Origin: Chiloscyllium plagiosum
Taxonomy: Eukaryota
Assembly (NCBI RefSeq): GCF_004010195.1
Contig: NC_057719.1
Coordinates: forward strand, 69,626,401-69,690,400
Direction of reading: 5' to 3'
Length of the DNA: 64,000 bases
Both the position numbers and the translations under genes were made by a program. The notes below the pieces were generated by a model. It had not been told where the DNA came from. It worked only from the letters and a program-made list of their open reading frames with translations, and did not search any database. Numbering within the stretch: position 1 is the first letter of the stretch; each line of letters opens with the position of its first letter. This document shows, piece by piece, positions 25,253 to 36,233 of the stretch.

Positions 25253-27534
25253 TGATCTCCTGGAAGACAGTCCCAAAATAGTGTTGGTAAAAGCCATTAT
25301 GTATTTCAGTACATCTAACATAAGAAATGAACTCTGCTTTTAAGATATGCAATTTAGCTTTGAATTCTGCTAGTTACATATGCAACTGCCTGTGCACACT
25401 CCCACACCCTTCAGCAGTGCAATCAGCACTGATCTGCATGTCACAATCATGGAGATGATACCAGCCACAGATTAGGTACTGTCTGATTATCTCGACCATG
25501 GACAGTGTCATCTCCACAGCACTTACAGGCCTAATCAAATTTGTAGTACGTGATACTCCTGCCTTGCAGATGCTGAGACTTGCATATTTCTTCTATAAAT
25601 GTAGATATCTTTGGCAAATATATCTTTAAAGTTTGACAATTGTGCATTGGGTGTTTTAATAATGCATATGAAAAGCAACTCTTCAAAAAGATAAAAGTTG
25701 TTGTACTTTCACCTTTCTTGGCATCGAAGGTATACATCAAACAACTGAATTGGTGCTTTTTGATCTTGACTAGATTAGAACATAGACTCTAAGAAGAAGA
25801 AAGCTTTGTTAGAAGGTGAAGATATTACTTTATTAGGCTGGCCTTCTGATAATAGATAAAAAATTGCAATAGACCGCTTCATGTATTATAAATGTCTTTC
25901 ATTTTCTTGCTGAACTTTCACTGTGCTCTCAGGTGGTGCATTCAGGCTGTGTAGTAAAATATAGAAGCAAGTGAGATGGCAGTGGTGCTTATTTTCATTC
26001 TGCAGCTTTGGGCACTGTGAAAAATCAAGATCTTGAAACTTCCAATTCATGGCAATGTGTATTACATTGTCAATTTCAAACATTTAGTGGTGAGATTGAG
26101 CTGTTGATTCTTTTGGCTGCAATTTAGCAAGGCAAGCAGCATAAAATGTCTGTATGAAATAAACTTGCCACGGGAGGAATGAAAAGTTACCAGAAGAGGG
26201 CTTCATATATCAGTTTGTTGAGTGCATACAATTGGCAGTGAACCAGGGTTTGAACTGACAAAGTGCTTATCAGCATCAGTGTTTAGTATTCATCAGCTGG
26301 CCTCCCACTGGCAATCTAATTTTTTTTACATATAAATGCAAATTAGATATTTATCTACAACAATGCATACACATTTTTTTTTGGAAGTCATTTTAGAAAA
26401 TAGTTGACAGCTGAATTCCTATTATCTTAACAGGGAACACAAAGAGAGTATTAGCAGTTCCACATTCATCAGCGACAGCCCAGCTGAGGACAGGAAAACA
26501 GCAAACACTACTACTCTGCAATAAAGTAGGGGCTGCTGGATGAGTACCATCAGGTCAGTCAGCATCAGAAGGAAGATTTTTGTTTTTGGTTTGATTCTTC
26601 CATCAGATCTACATTTTCAACAATTTATGTTTTCTTTTAATCTCCAATTTTCATCATTCTCAGTTTGTTAACTTTCTATTCTGTTTTGGCACTTTTAAAG
26701 TGATTGATAGTTGGCACAAAGCGTGCAAAAGTGAGACGAGCCAGAGCTAGTCCAATCCTGAACACAATCTTGGCAAGTCTGGAGTACAGATGGGGAAAGG
26801 ACAAATATTCAGAAAATCAAAGTGGTAGAGAAAAGCATCAAAGTTATAGTGATAAATTATGTGCATATGTGAAGGGAGTGGACAACTCAAGAAACATCAA
26901 ATGGCGGCAAATATACAGGAAATGCAAGAAACAAACCTGAAAGACCAAAACAAAACTCAAATTTAAAATTCCCCACATAAGCTATTATTTCTTCATACAA
27001 TGCTTCTTTCTCTAACATTTCCTTGCTGACTTTGCAATATTTGCACATTTGAGAGATATAAATTATTTATTTTTAATACCGGTCTTGATGTTGCTGTTAT
27101 ATTGAGGGTGTGCAGGAAAACCACAAAATTTAGTGCACAGGACAAATATATTCAAAATACATGGCAAAGCCTGATGATACTGTTGGAAAAACACAACACA
27201 GTGTAACAAAAATTTACCCTGAAATAGAGATCAGATTCAGGAAAAAGATATTGATGTTGCTTAAAAGCATGTTTTATTCTTTTTTTATAACTATGATATT
27301 GTTCAAACTGTAAGTCTTTTAAACATATAAAAGGAGTTGGGTTACAGGATTTCAATAAGTCATTTGGTTAAATGTTTTTGGAATAGCTATACACATTGCT
27401 GGAGATATAGTTCTATGCATCAAAAAAAATTTCAGAGACAGACAGTCAGTTTTTGTGTCAGGTAAAGATGCGCTAAAAAGTAATTGGATATAAGATTAAT
27501 TCTAGGAATGTAATCAAAGTTTGTTTATTAGTAT

Positions 27535-27601
27535 ATTTTCATTGTACTCCTGTACTTCTCTACTTGAGTACACATGACAATAAAGGATATTCTATTCTAT
27601 T
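27535..27601 (+). mobile_element. Rex1/Babar-like LINE 3' tail with (ATTCT)n
   Basis: TTTTCATTGTACTCC...GAGTACACATGACAATAAAGGATATTCTATTCTATT. Confidence 0.45.
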
Positions 27602-28304
27602 TATGTGGAATTATAAATAAACTTAAGTAAATTATAACATAGGTGTAGCTTTAAAACTGAAGTCAACAAGGAAAATCAATTTATATTTTATCCACCTAGA
27701 TACTTTTTGAATGTGAAAAATCTCTTATCATCATTTCCATTTTGAAAAATAATATATAGCAGATTGTCAATGTGAAGTGACTGGACATATTGAGAGATAT
27801 AATGAAGGAAAAATGTAGACATAAATGGGAGCAATGATCATCTTAAATACAAAGGGTAAATCTGCAAGAAGCTAATGTATATTCTGACATGCAAAGATGT
27901 GGCTAGTGCAAGTACATAATATTATAAAGCTGTAGAGAGAATTAAATATTTTCCATAGATTAATGCTAATCTCATTTGAAAAGTGTAATAGATCTAATTC
28001 CCACATTAATATTCAAAACGCATACAAAAATATGCAGAAGGAGAAGCAATTAAGTACAGGCTTTTCACTTGGATTTAAATTATATTTGCATATATTGTGT
28101 TGCACATAGAAGGAAATTTCACAGGAATTGATATATGCAAAACTGAACTGGAAAAAATGTCTATAGGCAAATTTATTATTTGTTTATCAACTTGCTTCCA
28201 AATTGATTTCAATGTGCATGAGGAACTGCCATAAAAAGGTCAATTTTTTTGCCTTCACTCATCCCTTATCCTATGTGGTAATGTAAGGGAGCAAATTGAA
28301 TTCT

Positions 28305-28625
28305 TTTTAAAAATTGCTTTCATAGGATACTGACCATAACTGGCAGGACTAGCATTTTTGCCCATTCCTAATTGGATGTGAAAAGGTGGTGGTGAGGTGT
28401 CTTCTTAAACTTTGCAGTCAAGCCTGCTGTCAGCAGACCCACAATGTTGCTGGGAAGGAGTTCCAGGTGCCAGTCCTTACAAGAGTGAAGCACAGTTTAT
28501 TTCACATCACCCAAGCATGTTGCTTGGAGGAGAACTTGCAGTTGTTGTTGTTTCAATGAATCTACTGTCTTTGTTATTCTGTGAAATAGAGGTTGCAAAG
28601 TTTTAAGGTGCTATCTTGGAGATTG
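28305..28625 (-). mobile_element. Old LINE 3' end, same family as 29498-30432
   Basis: Aligns by eye with 29500-29810 (AAGGTGGTGGTGAG; GGAGGAGAACTTGC). Confidence 0.7.
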
Positions 28626-28694
28626 ACCGTGAAAATGGTTAATGTTGAGATGTGAACTCCATACTAAACCACCAAAAGAAAGAGAATCCTTGTT

Positions 28695-28890
28695 GGACCA
28701 TGACACCATAAGAAGTAGAAACAGGAGCAGGCTGCTTGGTCTTTCAAGTCTACTCTGCCATTCTATAGGATCATGGCTGATCTGATATTCCTCATGTCCA
28801 CTTTCCAGCCCTTTCCCTGTAATTCTTGATTGCAAGAATTTATCTACCTCAGCCTGAAATATACACAAGGACGTTGCACCCTTATTGGCA
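28695..28890 (-). mobile_element. CR1 3' end
   Basis: CCATAAGAAGTAGAAACAGGAGCAGGC...GATCATGGCTGATCTG, the reverse complement of a CR1 3' UTR. Confidence 0.75.
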
Positions 28891-29497
28891 AATAGGAAAA
28901 ACACAAATTTCGGATGAAAGTAGCAAGATTTATTGGAAAATTAGGAATTAATACAAAACATCCCATTGACTGAGGCACATTACAGTATGCAAGGTCAATG
29001 GGTTTCAATCTTTTGGAACTCCTAGGATCTTCTCTTCCATGCCCCTTGAACTGATTTCTTAACTTCAGCATTTTAATTAAGTTAACTCTAATATGCATAC
29101 ATAATATTATTTCAGCTTTAAAACCCTGGCTCAAATTTTACAGTCTACCATAACTGTTGTAGTGCGTATTTCACAGTTATTCATTGAGTGCTTTTTCTCT
29201 CTCTAGCTATACTCTTCACAATTGCTGTTGAGTGCTCTTTGCTGAAAGTAGCTTCCTCACAAAGGTTATTCACTTTCTCTTAAAGCAGTTACTTTTATTC
29301 CCAATACTGGATTCTAATACTGATCTGGATTTCTCATAGCAACCCAGACCAAAGACAATTACTTTAGTCACCTGATTTCTTACAGAAAAGCTCAAATCCT
29401 GTTGCAATCACCCAACAACTAGCAATGACCCTTACAAATGAAAACTTCCTAGAAAATGCTAACTTTCTGTCCCAGCAAAAACCTTTCTATGTATTAA

Positions 29498-30432
29498 TTT
29501 AAAAAAAAATCATTCATGGGATGTGGACATCACTGGCTGCCCAGCACTTACTGCCTGTCCCGAGTTGCCATTGAGAAGGTGATGGTGAGCTGCTTCTTGA
29601 ACTAATGCAGTTCACATGAGACAGGCTGACCCATGATGTCCTTAGGGATGGAATTCCAGAATGTTGACCCAGCAACAGTAATATATTTCCAAGTCAGAGT
29701 CGTGAGTGGCTTGGAGGGGAACTTGCTGGTGTTGGTATTCCCATGTATCTGCTACCATGTCCTTCTAGATGGAAGTAGTTGTGGGTTTGGAAGATGCTCT
29801 TTAAAGATCTTTGGTGAATTTTAGCAGTGCATCTTATAGATAGTACACATGCTGCTACTGAGTATCAGTGGTGGAGGGAGTGGAGGCTTATGGATGTGGT
29901 GCCGATCAAAGGGCTGCTTTGTCTTGGATTGTGACAAACTTCGAGTATTGTTGAAACTGCATCCTCCAGGTAAATGGAGAGTATTCTGTCACACTCCTGA
30001 CTTGTGCCTTATAGTTGGTGAACAGGACATGGGGTGTCATGAGGTGAGTTACTTGACGCAGTATTCCTACCCTCTGACCTGCTCTTTCAGGCGCTGTGTT
30101 TATGTGGTGAGTCCAGTTGAGATTTTGATCTGTGGGTGTTGATAAAGAAGGATTCAGTGATAGTAACATCAAGTGGCAGTGGCTAGATTGTGTATTATTG
30201 GAGATGGCAATTGCCTGGCATTTGTGAGGTGTGAATATTATTTGCTGCTTATCAGCTGAAGCCTGGACATTATCCAGATCTTGTTGCGTTTCAACACAGA
30301 CTGCTTCAGTATCCAAGGAGTTGCAAATGACACTGAACATTGTATGATCATCAGCGAACATCCCTACTTCTGACCTTATGATGGAGGGATAGTCATTGAT
30401 GAAGCAGCTGAAGGTGGTTGGGCCAAGGATAC
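29498..30432 (-). mobile_element. CR1-group LINE (Zenon-like) RT C-terminus, 3' UTR and poly(A)
   Basis: LGPTTFSCFIND, MFADD, QQDLDNVQ, YKAQVRSVTEYSP. The 3' end reads ...CACATCCCATGAATGATTTT, shared with the SINE tail at 32680-32728. Clade name is tentative. Confidence 0.85.
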
Positions 30433-30619
30433 TTGGATGGAAGAAGAAAATATACTTCATGCAATTTGAAAATAAAAATTACAAAATATTTCAACCTGCA
30501 TGTTACAGAATTTGCAATAATTTCAACAGCATATTCCATTCAATGTGCTTGCAATGATCTTAATATTTACAAAATAAAATTCTGTCAAGTATAAAGAACA
30601 AGGGCAAATAATTTCAAAT

Positions 30620-31250
30620 TGAAAATTACAGAAAATGTAATAGATATTACAAAAAAAAATTCCATACACAGTGCTTCACTTTGAAATATCTCATTGGATT
30701 TCATGCTTGTGATTTACAATGCACACAATCAGAAGAATGCGAGAGTTTCCAGTGCCTGAGTGTACAATGGCTGAAAAGCCTTAGGCAGTGACTTTTTCCT
30801 TCTGTAGCTGCCGCCCCAAGATTTAATGCATCCCTCAGCATATAATCCTGGACCTTTGAATGCTGCAGATTTGTACATTCCATCAGGAATTGGAAGACCA
30901 GCAAATTTTGGGCAGACCAAAAGCTATGTTTAACAGAGTCAATGGTATTACAGATGTAACTTATGTTTGCCTTGCTATGTACCCCTGGAAATAGCTCGTA
31001 GAGTACAGAATCCTGCACTATAGGGGATGCTCGTGATGAACATTGACCAAAGCTGTTGCATCTTTCTCCAGACTTTCTTTGCAAAGGTATTCTATGAAAA
31101 AATGGATAACAGCCTGTTCCCCATCATAGTCTACCTTAAGAGCAATATGCAGGGGGGGATGAGCCTTGAGGTGTGGAGGAAGGATCAGCTAGGAAATGAC
31201 TTCTTCACCATCAGAAAAGTTACTTATCTTGGTGCTTCTTCTTAAGTATT
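30620..31250 (-). mobile_element. Tx1-type LINE ORF2 C-terminus and 3' UTR, decayed
   Basis: QDSVLYELFPG...DSVKHSFWSAQNLLVFQ...HSKVQDYMLRDALNLGAAA resembles the end of fish Tx1/Keno ORF2. Confidence 0.75.
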
Positions 31251-32409
31251 GGTGAAGAGACATTCAAAGCTTTAACATAACCATCATCTGCAACCAACAT
31301 TATACTCAAAAAGATAACTATATTTACACAGAATTCAAGTCCACACTTTCCATGAGAGCTTTATTTTATAAAGCCCACATTCCACTGACTACTAATATTT
31401 CCCGACTTATACAACTAATTCAACCTCAATTAACCCTTAATTAATAAATACATTACCTGTTCACTTGCTCAGGCATTCCTTCAGCCCTCATTAAATGATA
31501 ATAACTAAATGTAAGGAAGAGTGCAATATTGATCTCAGAGGCAGAAAATAGACATCTGACACTTCTGCCTGATAACTAATTATGTTTATGCTCTATGATC
31601 ATAGCATTTTTTTTGTGAACTGCTCCCAAATTATCTTTTCAATAATCTTGCTACAAACTGCGAGCATGATAAATTCTAAACACAGGAAGTTGTGAAATTG
31701 ATTCCAATGGATTTAATAATTTGTGATGTAACTGGGAAATATGGGCACAAAAGCTTCTAAATTGCCATGGCTCCGAATTGTTTCACTAATGTCCATGAGG
31801 GTAGGGACCTAACTATTTAGTCTATCCGACATATGACAGCAAGTTTATGGAATATATTTTGTCTTTATGCATTCTAAACTTTCTAAATTTAGTCATAGGA
31901 AAACAGTCAAGCATTATTCTAGGGGCACCATCACTCCTTCTTGAAACAACTAGGTAAGGAAAATCAGCCCTGCCAATACTTTTCACATTTCAAAAAACAA
32001 ATTTGAAAAGTGATCTAGTTAACTTGAAGTCAAGAAGAATTTCTACAGATCACAATAATAGTGAGTGGAGAGTTCCCCCTGATTTCCACTGACTTACACA
32101 GTCACCTATTTATCAGTATTGGAAAATAGTCCAAAGTCATGACTTGAAAAAATAAATTGAAGAAAGAGCAACAACACCACCTTCATTCTTTATTTTGTAA
32201 ATTTAGCAGCAGCCAACTATAGCTAGAAAGGATATGTTTCATCAAAGGGTTTGTTGGCAACGTGCATTTCCCTGCACACAATTTCAGACTTTCTTTTGTT
32301 CATATCATAATGCTTGCAGTGACAAGGATGAGAAGTTACAGCAAAAAAAAGAGATATGGGCTCTGAAGGAGACGGGAATGGTTTAACATTCCATTACACA
32401 GGCTAATAA

Positions 32410-32728
32410 GGGGACGCATTGGCTTAGTGGTATTATCACTGGACTGTTAATCTGGGGACCTGGGTTCAAATCCCACCATGGCAGATGGTGGAATTTGAAT
32501 TCAATAAATATCTAAGTTTAAGAGTCGAATGATGACCATGAATAGATTGTTGGGAAAAAATCCATTTGGTTCACTCATGCCCTTTAGGGAAGGAAACTGC
32601 CATCTTTACTTGGTATGGCTTACATGTGTCTCCAGACCCACAGTTATGGGTTGACTCTTAACTGCCATCTGGACATTAAATGCTGGCCTAGCCAATGGCA
32701 CCCTCATCCTGTGAATGAATAAAAAAAA
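32410..32728 (+). mobile_element. tRNA-derived SINE, apparently complete
   Basis: A box TGGCTTAGTGG, B box GGTTCAAATCC (32463-32473), LINE-like tail GCTGGCCTAGCCA...CATCCTGTGAATGAAT followed by A8. Confidence 0.9.
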
Positions 32729-33052
32729 CAACAGTTTTGAACCTTTCAGCTGAAGACAAGTAAGAATAACAGCAAAGATTTTCACTTGCTGGTAAATTTA
32801 CACCAGGTAAGAACTATATAAAACGCTTCTGGAATGCCTTCCATGATGGGTAGTTCACTGATACCACAACACTGCTGAAGAAAATAGCCTTGAATAAGAC
32901 ATCGGAGGGCTGGTGATGACCCTTAGAATCATAATCCAAAAGCATATTCCATTAAAACCATGTACACTTAACTAGAAACGATATTTGTATAGGAGGGATG
33001 TCTGCATTTTCTGCACATATGATCAGTACATTAAGCTATTTTTTATGATAAC

Positions 33053-34461
33053 TGTTATGAAGTTAAAGGCGTGTACTGTACCTTTAAGAGGGAGTGAAAG
33101 CTGGCAAACACCTGTCATGTCACAGGGTGTGCGGGAACATTGAAAGATGTAACATTTTGTCTGAAACCTAGATACCAGTTGTTTTCATAGCAGTTCGAAT
33201 TTAACCAATCAGTTTGAACTATGCCCAAAGATACTAAAACTCAATGGAATTTGAATTTTACTGTTTTGACAACATTGAACCAATGAGACAATCCATTGTT
33301 CGGGGTATAAAAAAAATCAGGCGTTTTGGACAGTTAGCCAGAAAAAGCACTATCTGCCATTGTCAGACAGACCGCCCGAAAACACTCTCTATCAAAGGTA
33401 CCTTTTTCATATGAAAAATATGCACAGAAGACCAAAGATGACCCAGGGAGATCTACAAACAGAGGAAGATCAACACCAGAGCTGACAGCCGCTGTCTTGT
33501 TTTGAAATTTGAATTGCTGTAAGTTTAATAGGGGCTTTATTGGATCAGTATATTAATCATAGAATCATAGAGATGTACAGCATGGAAACAGACCCTTCGG
33601 TCCAACACGTCCATGCCGAGCAGATATCCGAACCCAATCTAGTCCCACCTGCCAGCACCCAGCCCATATCCCTCCAACCCCTTCTTATTCATATACCCAT
33701 CCAAATGCCTCTTAAATGTTGCAATTTGTACCAACTTCCACCACTTCCTCTGGCAGCTCATTCCATACATGTACCACCCTCTGCGTGAAAAAGTTGCCCC
33801 TTAGGTCTCTTTTATATCTTTCGCCTCTCACCCTAAACCTATGCCCTCTAGCTAGTTCTGGACTCCCCGACCCCAGGGAAAAGACTTTGCCGATTTAACC
33901 TATCAAAGCCCCTCATAATTTTGTAAACCTCTATAAAGTCACCCCTCAGCCTCCGACGCTCCAGAGAAAACAGCCCCAGCCTGTTCAGCCTCTCCCTATA
34001 GCTCAAATCCTCCAACCCTGGCAACATCCTTGTAAATCTTTTCTGAACCCTTTCAAGTTTCGCAACATCTTTCCGATAGGAAGGAGACCAGAATTGCACG
34101 CAATATTCCAACAGTGGCCTAACCAATGTCCTGTACAGCCGCAACATGACCTCCCAACTCCTGTACTCAATAATCTGACCAATAAAGGAAAGCATACCAA
34201 ACGCCTTCTTCATTATCCTATCTACCTCGACTCCACTTTGGGAAATAGATAACAATCCTTTAAGAGAAAGGAGGCTTAGCGTTGTAAACGGTTGTAGTTT
34301 AATGTTTACTTTAGAGTTAAAGAATAAAATTGATATATTTTGTTAAATACTGGAATTTGGGTCGTTCTCTGTCATTCATACTTTAACAGATTACAAGGCG
34401 AGATGAGCTTTTCTCGGTGTTTGGTTTAATTTGCAGAAGGATTCACTGCCATGTCATAACA
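33053..34461 (+). repeat. 5' LTR of a Gypsy element (about 720 bp after removing the nested CR1)
   Basis: Ends TGTTATGA...TCATAACA form an 8-bp inverted repeat. TATAAAA at 33306, AATAAA at 34323. Immediately followed by a primer-binding site. Confidence 0.88.
33555..34239 (-). mobile_element. CR1 3' fragment nested in the LTR
   Basis: ORF 33848-34255 encodes LVRPLLEYCVQFWSP...LERVQKRFTRM. Tail AATCATAGAATCATAG. Same subfamily as 13483-14130. Confidence 0.96.
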
Positions 34462-34462
34462 G

Positions 34463-34482
34463 TTGGGGCACTCTTTCGGGAT
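34463..34482 (+). promoter_or_regulatory. Degenerate tRNA-Pro primer-binding site
   Basis: TTGGGGCACTCTTTCGGGAT versus the tRNA-Pro site TGGGGGCTCGTCCGGGAT, directly after the LTR end. Confidence 0.65.
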
Positions 34483-35072
34483 TTGGACAGGTCCAGTCTC
34501 AGATTTGGACAGATTTAAACAGATATGGGGTACGAAAGATCTCAGCAGACTTAAGCACTTCCAGATCAGTTTCCTAGATCTTTAAATAAAGCATAGGTGA
34601 GAAAATTTGTTCAATTTTGGTTACTTGTGGTCAGTTAAATTAAAAGTGAGAGATAGGCCTCTTACAATTGCTAAAGAGGTTCTGGGGTTTGAAAATGATT
34701 TCCAAATTTGCCAAGAAAGTTTAGAAAGGAAAGAAAATACCATACTTTTAGAATTAGCAAAGAGGTTAGAATTGGGTTTAACCAAGGACAAAAGTAAAGC
34801 TGAAATTGCAAAGGAGTTACTCAAACACTTCAGTGTGTCAAAGAAACAGACAAGTGCAGGAGACCTAGAAAAACTTAAATTACAATTAAGGGAAATGGAG
34901 TTAGAAGATGAACAAGGAGAGAGAGAGGAAAAAGAAAGAGAGAAGATTCTTAGCTGAGCAAAGAGAAAGAGGTGAAAGCGAGAGAATAAACAGAAAAGGA
35001 GAGAGAATTTGAACATCAGAAGTTGCAACTTATTCAGGAAAGTCAAGTTAACAGGATGGAGATGAAGAGTGA

Positions 35073-35239
35073 AGGATATGAACTACCAGTAGGAGGTCAC
35101 CAAGGGCTACAGCAGACACAGGCTAAGGTACAAAAACCTTTGTGATACCAAAACATCAGAAAGCAAATTAAAACTCTTCAATGTTTGAAATACAAAGATA
35201 TAAAAGCACAGTGATTGTCTTAGATTAACAGTCTAATTA
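35073..35239 (+). repeat. About 167-bp direct copy of 37035-37201 inserted in gag
   Basis: Near-identical sequence from ATGAACTACCAGTAGGAGGTCACC to TTAACAGTCTAATTA at both sites. Confidence 0.95.
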
Positions 35240-35623
35240 TGCAAATATGTTAAAACTCTGTCACATTTTGATGAGAAAGATGTCAAAGCCTTCTTTATTT
35301 CATTTGAAAAATTGGCTAGGCAGATGGAGTGGTCAGAGGACTTGTGGGTAATGCTAGTTCAGACTAAACTGGTAGGCAGAGCCAGTGATGTACTTGCAGT
35401 GCTGTCAGATGAGAGGTCAAGAGCTTACGAAGAGGTCAAACAGGCTATTTTGAGCGCTTATGAATTGGTACCAGAAGAATATAAACAGTGGTTCAGAAAC
35501 ATAAAGAAGGAACCAGGTCAGACTTATGTTGAGTTCGAAAGAATTAAACATAGCAATTTTGATAGGTGGATGCGGGCCTTAAAAAAAGGTAAGACCATTG
35601 AGGCTCGAAGAGAGATTATTCTG

Positions 35624-35789
35624 TTGTGGTTCTGTTCGCCGAGCTGGAAGTTTTTGTTGCAAAATGTGTTTGTTGATGGAGTTTGTGGATGAATGCCATG
35701 CCACTAGGAATTGCAACAAAAACTTCCAGCTCGGCGAACAGAACCACAACAACGAGCACCCGAGCTACAAATCTTCGCACAAACTTTGA
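35624..35789 (+). mobile_element. 166-bp mini-PLE (subfamily C) with inverted arms and 13-bp TSD, inside gag
   Basis: TSD AGAGATTATTCTG at 35611-35623 and 35790-35802. 39-bp perfect inverted repeat at 35624-35662 and 35711-35749. Tail matches 9518-9574. Confidence 0.95.
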
Positions 35790-36158
35790 AGAGATTATTC
35801 TGCTGGAGGAGTTTAAAAACTCAATCCCAGAGACGATAAGAATTCTTGTGGATGAACAGAAAATTCAAGAAGTGAGAAGAACACCAGATATGGCAGATGA
35901 ATATATGTTGGTGCATAAAGCAAAGTTTAGCTTCCTGCAAGAATTTCATCCTGTGAGGGATAGAAATTGGGAAAAGAGGAGATCCGATACTACAAAACAA
36001 TGAGTAGAGAACACTGGTAATTGTTTACCACAAGTTAAAAAAGAAGCTCAAGAGGCTGGAAATGAGGCAAAAGGCCTCAGGTGTTTCCACTGTGGTAAAG
36101 TGGGACACATAAAGTCACAGAGCTGGTCGGTAAAGAAAGGGAAAAGATGTGGTAAAAT

Positions 36159-36233
36159 AGGCTAAGCCAGTGGCATTAGTGAAGGTAGTTAAAGGAAGGC
36201 TAAGCCAGTGACATTAGTGAAAGTAGTAAAGGA
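36159..36233 (+). repeat. About 38-bp tandem duplication in the Gypsy element
   Basis: AGGCTAAGCCAGTG.CATTAGTGAA.GTAGT(T)AAAGGA occurs twice. Confidence 0.9.

Noticed and set aside
32410..32480. tRNA genes (also heads at about 12140, 41300 and 56200)
   Set aside because: The A/B boxes are SINE heads continuing into SINE bodies, with no complete cloverleaf.
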